A DNA stretch of 64,000 nucleotides from Clostridia bacterium (GCA_017621475.1 JAGATA010000027.1:1084-65083); one strand, 5' to 3'. Positions 30,186-39,544 are shown, counted from the first letter of the stretch. A program made the numbers and translations. The notes: a model not told the origin generated them from the sequence alone.

Positions 30186-31340
30186 TCAGAAAATTACTGC
30201 GGGGGTATTCACAAGCGCAGAGTTATACATAAACAATACGTCGCAATTATCTGAAAATGTTGTTATAAAACCGATGAAGTCGGATTTGACGTATCTAAGG
30301 TCGAGAATAGTGATCTTGGAATATTCAGAAGCAAGAAGCGGGGCGAGGCTGCTTCCAAAAGAATCTCTGAATATAACAAGCTCTTTTCCATTATCACAGT
30401 TGGGATTTTCAATTTGGATAAGCGAGCGTGCGCCCCAAAGGAAAACGTCATAGGAATCCACACCGCCAAGCTTCTCTTCTGCATACATAGGTACATCGAT
30501 AAAAGATACTTTGCCTGTCTTTCCGAATTCGCCTTCGTCAAGATAGGAAACCTTGCAATTTTCAAGCATTTCGTTTGTAAGATATATCAAAGTGTCTTTT
30601 TTGAGAGGAAGAGCTGCCTGACCGTAATAAGATCCCTCAAAACCTTCGAATTTCTTCTGTTCAAAGTCTTCAAGAGAAACGTTGCCTTCATTGCCCATAG
30701 AAGCGAGAATTTTGTTAGCAACATCTATTATCTTTGTCTGATCCCAATGAAGGTCGGTTTTGTAATAATCATTTATATCAAGAAGATCTCTTATTTCGAT
30801 ATAAGTATGATCGGAAAGTTTATTCTGCATTGTGGAATAAAGCTTATCATAGTTTATTGAGAGATAACCGTTTGCTTCGGAAGCGTAATAGCTCTTGTCG
30901 GGAACTATGGTATAGTAAATATTCGCTCCGTTTTTGGAAAAATATCTGGAAATTACTTTATTGTAAACGCCGGCAAACTGCTCCACTGCTTTTTCGTTGA
31001 ATTGGTAATACATACTGAATATATTGCCCTTAAGAACGAAAATATCATTCACGTCTTTCTGCATAAAGGCGTAGCGTCTTGTTGCGGAGTTGATTGTTCT
31101 GAAGCCGTCTCTCCAAACAAACTGGTCGAGCAAATATTCTTCGAGATTATCGAAATATCTGTCACCGTCAATATCTTTATTTACAACGGCATCCCAGGAA
31201 AGTTCGGGAAGCTGCAAAAGAGTTCTGCGTTCAGAATTGGATATATCTATATCAGGTGCGATTATGCTTGCCACCATAAGGAAAAGCAAAGCACCGAGAA
31301 AGCTGAAAGAAATAATAATATTTTTAATTTTAGTTTTCAT
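30186..31340 (-). CDS. DHHW-family extracytoplasmic protein (AlgX/DltD-like partner of MBOAT acyltransferases)
   Basis: N-terminal signal anchor. The D-L-H-W motif (YKTDLHWDQ) matches the DHHW signature position. It is translationally linked (12-nt gap) to the upstream MBOAT gene. Confidence 0.65.
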   Translation of the reverse strand: MKTKIKNIIISFSFLGALLFLMVASIIAPDIDISNSERRTLLQLPELSWDAVVNKDIDGDRYFDNLEEYLLDQFVWRDGFRTINSATRRYAFMQKDVNDIFVLKGNIFSMYYQFNEKAVEQFAGVYNKVISRYFSKNGANIYYTIVPDKSYYASEANGYLSINYDKLYSTMQNKLSDHTYIEIRDLLDINDYYKTDLHWDQTKIIDVANKILASMGNEGNVSLEDFEQKKFEGFEGSYYGQAALPLKKDTLIYLTNEMLENCKVSYLDEGEFGKTGKVSFIDVPMYAEEKLGGVDSYDVFLWGARSLIQIENPNCDNGKELVIFRDSFGSSLAPLLASEYSKITILDLRYVKSDFIGFITTFSDNCDVLFMYNSALVNTPAVIF

Positions 31341-31352
31341 ATTAGCACCTCC

Positions 31353-32795
31353 TTAGAATCTGAAGTAAATAAAGGGATTAAAAGAGCCGTTGATAAGGCT
31401 TGCTGTGCAGATAAGAAGAATAGCAATGTAGCATACAGGCTGAAGAACGGAAACGATGCTGTTGCCGATTTTCTTAGAGCAGATATATTCCCCAAGTTTT
31501 TTGAGAAGAGGCGTAGAAAGTATTGCGGCAACGATTATTACAGCAATATAGCTTCTGAGGTAATAAATTGTTTCGCTATTACTGAATGCGAGCCCTTCCC
31601 CACCAAACATAGCGGAAAGAGTTTTGCCAACACCTGCAAGGCTTGTCTCGTTGAATATAACAAATCCTATAACTGTGAGGAAAAGCGTGTAAGTATGGCT
31701 TATAATGCTACCGAGAACTTTGGGAAGTTTATCAAAAAATTTGAGTATGAAGAATTTTTCAAGAATAAGAATAACACCAAAATAAAGACCCCAAATTATA
31801 AAGTTCCATTCGGCGCCGTGCCAAAAGCCGGTAAACATCCATACTACCATAGTGTTGAATATCCAACGACCGAGTGGAACTCTGTTACCTCCAAGCGGGA
31901 TGTAAACATAATCTTTAAACCAAGTTCCGAGCGACATATGCCATCTGCGCCAGAATTCGGAAATGCTCTTGGAAATATAGGGATAATTAAAGTTTTCGAG
32001 GAAGTGGAAGCCGAACACTCTGCCAAGACCGATAGCCATATCGGAATAACCGGAAAAGTCGAAGTATATCTGTAGAGTGAAAGCTATTGCATACACCCAG
32101 TAAGAAAGAACGGTCTTTTCGGAAAGTCCTGCAAGAACCGCACCAAACTCTGCGAGAGTGTTGGAAAGAATGATTTTTTTGCCAAGACCAATGGCGAATC
32201 TGCCAACACCATAAGCAATATCTTCGAAAGAATGTGTGCGGTGTTCAAGCTCATCCTGAACAGTGGTATAACGAACGATAGGTCCTGCTATAAGCTGAGG
32301 GAAAAGAGCAACGTACGTTGCAAAATCAAAAGGATTTTTTTGAACTTTAGCTCTGCCCCAGTAAAGGTCTATGGTATAACTGAGTATCTGGAAAGTATAG
32401 AAGCTGATACCAATGGGAAGCGCTATGGAAAGAAGACCGATGGACGCATCTCCCTTAAGACCGAAAAGGTTATTTATGTTTGTTATAAAGAAGTTGCTGT
32501 ATTTGAAAAATCCGAGAAGTCCGAACCCGACTACAAGAGAAGATATGAGTGCCACTTTAGACCATTTAGTTCCGCGGAACTTCTCAATAAGAAGACCGTG
32601 CGCCCAACCGGAAAACGCGGAGCAGATCATTAAGATGGAGTATATAGGTTCACCTACGAAATAGAAGAACAAGCTTGCAATAAGCAAAACAAAGTTTTTT
32701 AACTTTTTGGGAACAAGAAAATAAATAACTATAACGATAGGCAAAAAGTAATAAAGAAAAGTTATACTGGAGAAAAGCAGAACAATGCACCTCAC
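31353..32795 (-). CDS. MBOAT-family membrane O-acyltransferase (AlgI/DltB-like)
   Basis: FYTFQ..SY.ID.Y, FPQL.AGPI.RY, and the catalytic His region W..WH.SL..W..DY.Y.PLGG. The ORF opens at a GTG (32795). A GAGGTG Shine-Dalgarno 7 nt before an in-frame CTG would give the canonical MLFSS... N-terminus, so the start is uncertain. Confidence 0.88.
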   Translation of the reverse strand: MRCIVLLFSSITFLYYFLPIVIVIYFLVPKKLKNFVLLIASLFFYFVGEPIYSILMICSAFSGWAHGLLIEKFRGTKWSKVALISSLVVGFGLLGFFKYSNFFITNINNLFGLKGDASIGLLSIALPIGISFYTFQILSYTIDLYWGRAKVQKNPFDFATYVALFPQLIAGPIVRYTTVQDELEHRTHSFEDIAYGVGRFAIGLGKKIILSNTLAEFGAVLAGLSEKTVLSYWVYAIAFTLQIYFDFSGYSDMAIGLGRVFGFHFLENFNYPYISKSISEFWRRWHMSLGTWFKDYVYIPLGGNRVPLGRWIFNTMVVWMFTGFWHGAEWNFIIWGLYFGVILILEKFFILKFFDKLPKVLGSIISHTYTLFLTVIGFVIFNETSLAGVGKTLSAMFGGEGLAFSNSETIYYLRSYIAVIIVAAILSTPLLKKLGEYICSKKIGNSIVSVLQPVCYIAILLICTASLINGSFNPFIYFRF

Positions 32796-32819
32796 TTCAT
32801 AAAATTTTGTCTTTTATTG

Positions 32820-32856
32820 AAAGCGGTTTGGAATTTTATCGTTCCAAACCGCTTTG
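32820..32856 (-). terminator. Rho-independent terminator after the lipoprotein gene
   Basis: AAGCGGTTTGGAA-TTTTATCG-TTCCAAACCGCTT perfect 13-bp stem. Confidence 0.8.
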
Positions 32857-32883
32857 TGTAACCTAATAGTTTTTGATTTTTAA

Positions 32884-33489
32884 TTATTTTACAGCAGCTT
32901 CAAATGCGCCTTTGAGGTCTGCTTCGCAGTTAGCACCGAGGTTTTCTGTGTTGCAGAGAACATAGAGAACGAGGTCGCCATGGATGGAAACAACTTTTGT
33001 ATCTGCAGATGTGCAGAGGTTCCATCTCATATTTGTATTATCTTCAAGAGTTTTAACGAAAGCGTCTGCCTGAGATGCATCGGAAACGCGGAAAACATAA
33101 CCAACGAAAGGAATTGTACCGATCATAGGCATAAAGCAGAAGCATTCGGAGAAGCCTGTGATCTCATTATCGAAACCTGTAAGGTATCCGGGTTCCATCA
33201 TCATACCCATAGGAACCATCATATTTTCCGTGAGTTCTGCAACTTTAGCGATAACTGCGTTACCTGCTTCTTCAACGGATACTGTGGATGTTACGGGAGC
33301 CTGTGTTGTTGTAGCTTCTGTTGTGCCTGCTGTTGTTGTGTTATCAGCTGTTGTTGTGTTGTCACCTGCTGTTGTAGCTGTTGTTTCTGTAGTAACTGTT
33401 GTCTCTGTTGTTGTTTCGTTATTGCCGCCGCAAGCTACGATGGAAATTACCATTGTGAGAGCGAGCAAAAGTGCTGCGATTTTTTTCAT
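32884..33489 (-). CDS. Lipoprotein with Thr-rich linker (possibly DUF4358-like)
   Basis: Signal peptide plus lipobox (LTMVISIVAC-GG), then about 50 residues of T/E/A/N low complexity and a globular domain of about 130 aa. The DUF4358 assignment is from memory of MBOAT/DHHW neighbourhoods and is not verified. Confidence 0.65.
   Translation of the reverse strand: MKKIAALLLALTMVISIVACGGNNETTTETTVTTETTATTAGDNTTTADNTTTAGTTEATTTQAPVTSTVSVEEAGNAVIAKVAELTENMMVPMGMMMEPGYLTGFDNEITGFSECFCFMPMIGTIPFVGYVFRVSDASQADAFVKTLEDNTNMRWNLCTSADTKVVSIHGDLVLYVLCNTENLGANCEADLKGAFEAAVK
33329..33364. repeat. 18-bp tandem duplication (17/18 identical) inside the Thr-rich linker
   Basis: GCTGTTGTTGTGTTATCA / GCTGTTGTTGTGTTGTCA, encoding DNTTTA twice on the minus strand. 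Confidence 0.9.
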
Positions 33490-33566
33490 TGTTTTGATCT
33501 CCTTGAATTTTTTTATTTTTTCGTTATTTTGTGCATTTGGCAGAAATATTATTTAGAAAAACCGTG

Positions 33567-34262
33567 TTATTTGAATATTACAAAAGCATTGTCTATGCCG
33601 AGCATTTTGGAGGTATTGTCGATAGGCGCAAGGTCTTTTCCGCTGTATGCGTAAAGGCTTGCAAAAGAGCCTTCATCGGCAATGGCCTCCATTTCCTCAT
33701 CGGAAGATATATATTTTATGAACGAAACGGTATCTCCGTTCTTTATTCCAAAAAACGGTTCGTTTTCGGAAAAGAACATATCGGATATCTTAACATTTAG
33801 TATGGCAAAACCGTATATTCCATATTCATTTTCATCATTACAGATAAAAGTTTCCTTGGAAACGATCTCACCATCCACGCCGATCGCTCTGTAATCTTCC
33901 GTAAGTTCTGCAAGAAAATCGCAAAAATCGGATTCTCTTGTCTGCACAGTAAATGTTGAAGGCTGTTCGGCTAAACGAGAAGGAACATTTTCTTCACAAA
34001 CCATCGTAAGACCTGCAGTATCGTTTATTTCAGCAACATAGCTGTTCGGTACAAATTTTTGAACTCCGAACGTTGTTATGCATACAAGCGCAACAGCGGC
34101 GGTACATACCGCGCCGGATACTCTCTTAAAGAAGTTCGGACTTTTTTCTTTTTCAAGTTCTTGTGCCATAACTGCATTCATCATTTTCAGTTTGGTCTGC
34201 TCTTTGAGTTCACGGTTTGGCTCTATTTTAGAGAGCACATACACTAACTCTTCCCTTTTCAC
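33567..34262 (-). CDS. Putative membrane-anchored anti-sigma factor
   Basis: The GTG start overlaps the sigma-factor stop (GTGA). A short cytoplasmic N-terminus is followed by one TM helix (AVCTAAVALVCITTFGV) and an extracytoplasmic domain of about 150 aa. The call is positional/architectural only. Confidence 0.45.
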   Translation of the reverse strand: MKREELVYVLSKIEPNRELKEQTKLKMMNAVMAQELEKEKSPNFFKRVSGAVCTAAVALVCITTFGVQKFVPNSYVAEINDTAGLTMVCEENVPSRLAEQPSTFTVQTRESDFCDFLAELTEDYRAIGVDGEIVSKETFICNDENEYGIYGFAILNVKISDMFFSENEPFFGIKNGDTVSFIKYISSDEEMEAIADEGSFASLYAYSGKDLAPIDNTSKMLGIDNAFVIFK

Positions 34263-34774
34263 TTATCTTCACCACCCTCCAGATCAAGCTTCAAAGCTTT
34301 TCTTGCACGCATCAAGCGCATCTTGACCGATGCTTCTGTTGTGCGCATTGCTTTGGCAATTTCGGAAATAGACATATTTTCGAAATAAAACAAAATAACA
34401 GTGTTTTTCAATTTGTCGGGCAGGCTCATAACCGCTTCGTGGATCTCTTGGTGTCTGTCATCCTCGAAAACGAGGTCTTCTTCTTTCACATCATCTTCCA
34501 AAGACATCGTCTTCTTTTTCCAAGACGAGGTGAAAAAGGAGTTACAGCAATTTATTGTTACTCTTATAAACCAAGCTTTTCGGTGTTCTTCGCTTTCAAA
34601 CGTTCTGGGTTTGGATATGTAGCGAAGGAAAACATCTTGGTATATATCGTCCGCATCGTGTACATCGCGCAAATTGCTTCTTGCGATCTTGTAAACAAGC
34701 GGAGAATAAGTTTCAACGACATCGTTTATACTGTCCGCGCCATTGGTAAGAAGACTGCTGTGCCTGTCCATCAT
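34259..34774 (-). CDS. ECF-type RNA polymerase sigma-70 family factor
   Basis: Region 2 (DDIYQDVFLRY....F......AWF.RVTINC) and region 4 HTH (MSISEIAKAMRTTEASVKMRLMRARKAL). Length is 171 aa. Confidence 0.85.
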   Translation of the reverse strand: MMDRHSSLLTNGADSINDVVETYSPLVYKIARSNLRDVHDADDIYQDVFLRYISKPRTFESEEHRKAWFIRVTINCCNSFFTSSWKKKTMSLEDDVKEEDLVFEDDRHQEIHEAVMSLPDKLKNTVILFYFENMSISEIAKAMRTTEASVKMRLMRARKALKLDLEGGEDK

Positions 34775-34836
34775 CTGCCCTCCTGTAAGTAATACTTTTA
34801 AAACTCAAAAAGGTAACAAAGTTTTTTTAAAATTTT

Positions 34837-35493
34837 TTATTTTTTTTGAATATGATCGAAAACGTCCATCGGCGTATCCAAAATCACCTGTGCGCCCGCT
34901 TCGGAAAGCACAGTTCTATCTCTGAATCCCCAAGAAACCGATATGCAATCTATACCCGCATTGCGTGCCGTTAAAATATCGACCTCGGAATCGCCCACAT
35001 ACACGGAAGATTCTTTTGATGTTTCCAATGCGGTTATCGCCGCATAAACTTCATCAGGTCCGGGCTTTCTCTTTATCTTTTCTGTTTCACCGATTGCTAT
35101 TTTGATAGTATCTTTGAAATATTGCTCACAAAGCTCTTTTACAGCGCTGTCTACTTTGTTTGATACAACAGCAATTTTATAACCTGCTTCGTTTAGACGC
35201 TCCAAAAGTTCCTTTATTCCTTCATAAGCGTGTGTTTTGTTATTGCAGTTAAGAGTATAATGCGCTTTAAATGTTTCAAGAACTTGTCCGTAAAGCGGGT
35301 CTGCTTTACCTTGAGGTAAAGCCTTTTCTATAAGCACTCCTATGCCGTTTCCGACAAAAGAACGAACCTCTTGGAGCGAACGCTTCGGGTATCCGAATTC
35401 GGCAAGAGCAAAATTTGTGCTGTCACAAAGATCTTCGAGTGTGTCAAGAAGTGTACCGTCTAAATCGAAAATGACTGTATCGTATTTTTGCAT
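34837..35493 (-). CDS. HAD-superfamily hydrolase (phosphoglycolate phosphatase-like)
   Basis: DTVIFDLDGTLLDT motif I, VSNK motif II, and K....YVGDSEVD motifs III/IV. Confidence 0.8.
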   Translation of the reverse strand: MQKYDTVIFDLDGTLLDTLEDLCDSTNFALAEFGYPKRSLQEVRSFVGNGIGVLIEKALPQGKADPLYGQVLETFKAHYTLNCNNKTHAYEGIKELLERLNEAGYKIAVVSNKVDSAVKELCEQYFKDTIKIAIGETEKIKRKPGPDEVYAAITALETSKESSVYVGDSEVDILTARNAGIDCISVSWGFRDRTVLSEAGAQVILDTPMDVFDHIQKK

Positions 35494-35494
35494 A

Positions 35495-36415
35495 TTAGAA
35501 ATCCCAAACCTTTTTGTCGTCTTCTTTTGTACCTTTTGGCATTTCCAAAATATGCTCCGGTGTTTTTATCATTACTTTTGCGTAAGGCGGAATGGATTTG
35601 GTAATAAATGAGTTACCGCCGATAATCGCACCTTTTCCTATTACCGTATCGCCTCCAAGGATAGAAGAACCGGAGTATATGGTAACGCCGTCTTCTATCG
35701 CAGGATGGCGTTTTGTTCCCGCAAGAGCCTGCCCCTTTCTTGTGGAAAGCGCGCCGAGTGTTACACCTTGATATATTTTTACGTTATTGCCTATCGTTGT
35801 AGTTTCGCCGATAACAACACCTGTACCGTGGTCTATAAAGAAATATTCTCCTATAGTGGCACCTGAGTTTATATCTATGCCTGTTTTGCCGTGAGCGTAT
35901 TCAGTCATCATTCGAGGTAACATAGGTACATTTTGTTTGTATAAAATGTTTGCTATTCTATATACGAAAATAGCAAATAAGCCGGGATATGAAACAATGA
36001 TCTCACCTTTTGATTTAGCGGCAGGGTCACCGGCAAATCCCGCTTCAACGTCTTTAAACATCATCTGCTGTATATTGGGCAAAGATTCGATGAATTCTTT
36101 GGCTATATCTGCGGAAAGCTCTTCTGCTTCTTGTGTATTATTACATTGGCAACGATACAATAGAGCAAGCTTTATTTGCTTTTTCAAAGAAGAATATATA
36201 TTTATAAGAAGACCCTCTTCAAAAACACCTGTTGAAGTTTCTGAAAAGTTTTCATCTCCAAAATATCCCGGAAAAATAACGCGGCGTGTATCATTTATTA
36301 TTTTTTCTATAGTTTTCTCATCAGGCATAACTTTATCCTGATTTTTGGGGAGAAAATCACAGTTCATATAATTTTCAGTCATTTGACCGGCAGCTTTTTT
36401 AATAAAATCGTTCAT
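35495..36415 (-). CDS. cysE: Serine O-acetyltransferase
   Basis: Left-handed beta-helix hexapeptide repeats (IDINSGATIGEYFFIDHGTGVVIGETTTIGNNVKIYQGVTLG). The ATG at 36415 has AGGAG 6 nt upstream. The longer ORF start at 36445 lacks an RBS. Confidence 0.85.
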   Translation of the reverse strand: MNDFIKKAAGQMTENYMNCDFLPKNQDKVMPDEKTIEKIINDTRRVIFPGYFGDENFSETSTGVFEEGLLINIYSSLKKQIKLALLYRCQCNNTQEAEELSADIAKEFIESLPNIQQMMFKDVEAGFAGDPAAKSKGEIIVSYPGLFAIFVYRIANILYKQNVPMLPRMMTEYAHGKTGIDINSGATIGEYFFIDHGTGVVIGETTTIGNNVKIYQGVTLGALSTRKGQALAGTKRHPAIEDGVTIYSGSSILGGDTVIGKGAIIGGNSFITKSIPPYAKVMIKTPEHILEMPKGTKEDDKKVWDF

Positions 36416-36695
36416 AACAAACTCCTGTTTCAAAACAATATTCATTTTGTTGATACATACTGTTATATAATATCACAAAAAAGATGTTTTGTCTATAATA
36501 AAAATAATTATTTGTATATTCTAAAATAATAAGATGAAAACAGAAACCATACTTCTACTTTGTGAACAAGCTCTCTATATAATAGAATTGATATTACAAA
36601 CTGCAACATCTTGAATTTTCAACAAAAAATTATAATATACGTTGATTTTGACGAATTATTGTGATAAAATATATAAATTAGAGGGGGGAATTTAT

Positions 36696-37481
36696 ATGCT
36701 ATTTGCAATAGACATCGGAAATTCAAATATCCATGTAGGTTTTTTTGAAGATGACAAATTGGTGCATACCTTTAGACTTGGAACGGACAAAAACAGAACG
36801 TCTGATGAATACGTCCTTCTTTTAAAGTCTATTTCCGAGTTTAACAGCTATAAGATGAGCTTTTTTGATAGTGCGATAATAGGCTCCGTTGTTCCTGCTG
36901 TGACTCCCATACTTCAAAGAGCTGTGGAAGCTGTTTTGAATGTTACCCCGATTATCGTAGGTCCCGGAGTAAAAACGGGATTTCCAATAAAAATAGATGA
37001 CCCTTCTGAACTTGGAGCGGACCTTGCTGCCAATACTGCAGGTGCTATTTATAAAGTTGGATTTCCTTCCATAGTAATAGATTTTGGAACTGCTACTACC
37101 GTTTCCGTTATAGACGAAACAAAAGCATACATTGGTGGGGCAATTATGCCCGGTATACAGATGAGTTTGGATGCTCTTCAAAATACCGGTCTTTTGCCCG
37201 GCATGGCTGCGGATAAAGCGGTGCCTCTTATCGGAAAAACGACAAAGGACTGTATGTCTGCCGGTGTTATCCGAGGGCAAGCGTTCTCTGTTCAAAGTTT
37301 GATTGATTCATATAATAAAACATTTTTAAATAACAAATGTATAAATACGGTTATATCCGGAGGTTTTGCTCCTGCAATACTTCCCTATCTTCCCGACACA
37401 GTGGAATACGTTCCCCATTTGACACTGGAAGGGCTCAACGCTATTTATAAACATAATAAGGTAAATTCGCGCCGAAAGTGA
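36696..37481 (+). CDS. coaX: Type III pantothenate kinase
   Basis: MLFAIDIGNSN...G and VIDFGTATT motifs of CoaX. GAGGGGGG lies upstream of the ATG at 36696. Confidence 0.9.
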   Translation: MLFAIDIGNSNIHVGFFEDDKLVHTFRLGTDKNRTSDEYVLLLKSISEFNSYKMSFFDSAIIGSVVPAVTPILQRAVEAVLNVTPIIVGPGVKTGFPIKIDDPSELGADLAANTAGAIYKVGFPSIVIDFGTATTVSVIDETKAYIGGAIMPGIQMSLDALQNTGLLPGMAADKAVPLIGKTTKDCMSAGVIRGQAFSVQSLIDSYNKTFLNNKCINTVISGGFAPAILPYLPDTVEYVPHLTLEGLNAIYKHNKVNSRRK

Positions 37482-37579
37482 AGATACCCCAAGCGGGATC
37501 TTACGCTATATGCGTGCGCGTTTTACATATAAAATTTTCGCCGTATCCGCAAAACGGAACGACAGTTAAGGAGGCTTGT

Positions 37580-38197
37580 ATGTTAGCAAGCAAAAAACAT
37601 TTTTCAATATCGAGAATGGTGTATCTTGCCATCCTCACGGCACTCGTAATAATTTTACAACTTACGGGTATAGGCATTAGACTTCCCTTTTTGGCAACGC
37701 CCATAAGCCTTGTACTGATACCGATAGCTCTTGGCGCTATGCTTCTAGGTCCTGCCGCAGGCGCATTCCTCGGATTTTTGTTCGGTATGATAGTATTTAT
37801 AACTTGTGGTGTTATGGGAATGGATCCCCTTTTTACAGGAATTTTGTTCGCAAATAACCCTATTATGACGGCTCTTATTTGTCTTGTAAAATCTACAGCT
37901 GCAGGTTTTGCTGCCGGATGGATATACAAAATTCTTAAAAAGTTCAATTCCATTCTGGCAACATTTGCAGCCGCTGCTATTGTTCCGATTCTTAATACGG
38001 GACTTTTTATACTTGGTTGCCTTATGATTTCCGATACCATAGCAGCAAACTTTGTTGCGGAAGGCTCAACTGTAATCTATTTTCTCGTAATAGGTTGCGC
38101 AGGCTTTAACTTTATTTTTGAATTTTTGATAAATATCATTTTCTCTCCCGCGCTTCACAGAATAATGGAAGTGGTTTCTAAAAGATTGAAGTTTTGA
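37580..38197 (+). CDS. ECF-transporter substrate-specific (S) component, likely pantothenate (PanT-like)
   Basis: About 205 aa with 6 TM helices, which is typical S-component topology. AAGGAGG lies upstream of the ATG at 37580. Substrate is inferred only from adjacency to coaX. Confidence 0.55.
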   Translation: MLASKKHFSISRMVYLAILTALVIILQLTGIGIRLPFLATPISLVLIPIALGAMLLGPAAGAFLGFLFGMIVFITCGVMGMDPLFTGILFANNPIMTALICLVKSTAAGFAAGWIYKILKKFNSILATFAAAAIVPILNTGLFILGCLMISDTIAANFVAEGSTVIYFLVIGCAGFNFIFEFLINIIFSPALHRIMEVVSKRLKF

Positions 38198-38218
38198 AAT
38201 ACATATGGAGGTATTATT

Positions 38219-38566
38219 ATGTCTTATAATCCAAAGGATTTAAAAGAGGAGTTGCGTTCATACAAATTCGAATTTGATGTATTGCAAAAAATTCCTTGTT
38301 CGGTAAAAGAAAATAAAGAATACAGAAAGATTTTGAAAGACGGCGGACAGCTTCCCGAAGGTGTTTATCCTTATATTGGGGCGGATGGAACAGATACTTC
38401 GGACTTCTATACGATATGCGAAAGTAATCTTTCGAAAGATGAGATGGACGAATATCTTACATACAGAAAATTAAAATTCTTAAAAACTATTAAAAACTGT
38501 GTTGTTTTCTTTATGGTTTTACAGATTATCACTATCATTGGCGCTATATTGATCTCGTCTCTTTGA
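38219..38566 (+). CDS. Hypothetical tail-anchored membrane protein
   Basis: GGAGG RBS and a single C-terminal TM helix (VVFFMVLQIITIIGAILISSL). No motif recognised. Confidence 0.4.
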   Translation: MSYNPKDLKEELRSYKFEFDVLQKIPCSVKENKEYRKILKDGGQLPEGVYPYIGADGTDTSDFYTICESNLSKDEMDEYLTYRKLKFLKTIKNCVVFFMVLQIITIIGAILISSL

Positions 38567-38571
38567 ATAAT

Positions 38572-38609
38572 AAAAAGGTGCAACGCCGCGTGCGGCATTG
38601 CACCTTTTT
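38572..38609. terminator. Bidirectional terminator between convergent genes
   Basis: AAAAGGTGCAA...TTGCACCTTTT with inner GCCGC/GCGGC pairing, and A/T runs on both sides. Confidence 0.8.
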
Positions 38610-38611
38610 AG

Positions 38612-39532
38612 TTATTTACCTATAGCGCCTATATCGTAAGGAGTGGATTGATATACGAAATAATTGAGCCAGTTGGAGAAAAGCATATGTGCGCTGGATC
38701 TCCAAGTGCAAAGAGGCTCTTTTGTGTCATCATCGTTCGGGAAATAGTTGTACGGAACTTTTATGGGCAAGCCTTTGCCTTTATCGCGGAGATATTCCTG
38801 GCGGAGCGTACCTGCATCATATTCGGAATGACCTGTAATAAATATCTGCTTGCCGCGTGCTGTAGAAACGGCATAAACACCCGCAATATCGCTCTGAGCG
38901 AGTATTTTTAATTCTGGGCACGCAAGAATATTGCTTTTATCTACCGTAGTATGACGAGAGTGAGGAACAAGGAATATATCATCAAATCCGCGGAAAAGCA
39001 TAGATCCTTTTCTTGAAACGTAGTGCGGAAACACACCAAAAAGTTTTTCGTCAAGCTGTTTTTTGGGAACACCGTAATGATAGTAAAGACCTGCCTGAGA
39101 AGCCCAGCACACGTGAAGGGTGCTTGTAACGTGAGTTTTGCTCCATTCCATTATCTCGCAAAGCTCTTCCCAATATTCAACTTCCTCAAAGGGCAAATGT
39201 TCAACAGGGGCCCCTGTTATAACCATACCGTCATAGTTATTTTCGCGAACCTCTTCGAAAGTTTTATAAAAAGCTATAAGATGGCTTTCGGGGGTGTTTT
39301 TTGAAACGTGGTTTTTCATTTTCAAAAGCTCAAGTTCTACCTGTATGGCAGAGTTGCTTAAAAGACGTGCAAACTGTGTTTCCGTTTGAATTTTAGTTGG
39401 CATAAGGTTGAGAAGAAGTATTCGAAGTGGGCGAATATCCTGCATATCCGCACGTATATTATTGATGGTAAAAATATTTTCTTCTTCTAATGTTTTTTCT
39501 GCGGGAAGTCCGCTCGGAATTTTAATCGGCAT
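38612..39532 (-). CDS. metA: Homoserine O-acyltransferase (MetA family)
   Basis: MPIKIP..LPA...[31 protein letters not shown]-like ITGAPVE, and CWA.QA.L. The ATG at 39532 has a GAGAGGAG RBS. The longer ORF to 39616 is an upstream extension through the leader. Confidence 0.9.
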   Translation of the reverse strand: MPIKIPSGLPAEKTLEEENIFTINNIRADMQDIRPLRILLLNLMPTKIQTETQFARLLSNSAIQVELELLKMKNHVSKNTPESHLIAFYKTFEEVRENNYDGMVITGAPVEHLPFEEVEYWEELCEIMEWSKTHVTSTLHVCWASQAGLYYHYGVPKKQLDEKLFGVFPHYVSRKGSMLFRGFDDIFLVPHSRHTTVDKSNILACPELKILAQSDIAGVYAVSTARGKQIFITGHSEYDAGTLRQEYLRDKGKGLPIKVPYNYFPNDDDTKEPLCTWRSSAHMLFSNWLNYFVYQSTPYDIGAIGK

Positions 39533-39544
39533 AAAAGCTCCTCT

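Noticed and set aside
31002-32075. 357-aa plus-strand ORF
   Set aside because: It is antisense to the MBOAT and DHHW genes, which carry clear family motifs. Its composition is typical of reverse-frame translation in AT-rich DNA.
33301-33430. Repetitive GTTGTTGT tract as a CRISPR-like or minisatellite array
   Set aside because: It lies inside a CDS and simply encodes poly-Thr-rich low complexity. There is no repeat-spacer periodicity. No CRISPR array or cas gene was seen anywhere in the window.
32980-33654. 224-aa and 132-aa plus-strand ORFs with striking Cys-rich or Val-rich runs (e.g. CCCSFCCACCCCVISCCCVVTCCCSCC)
   Set aside because: They are antisense to the Thr-rich linker of the lipoprotein gene, and ACN Thr codons read backwards give NGT (Cys/Ser/Gly/Val). 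They have no RBS and overlap a well-supported lipoprotein CDS with a signal peptide and lipobox.
36446-36695. Possible Cys T-box upstream of cysE
   Set aside because: The region is extremely AT-rich, with no T-box motif and no terminator/antiterminator hairpin. It looks like a plain divergent promoter region shared with coaX.
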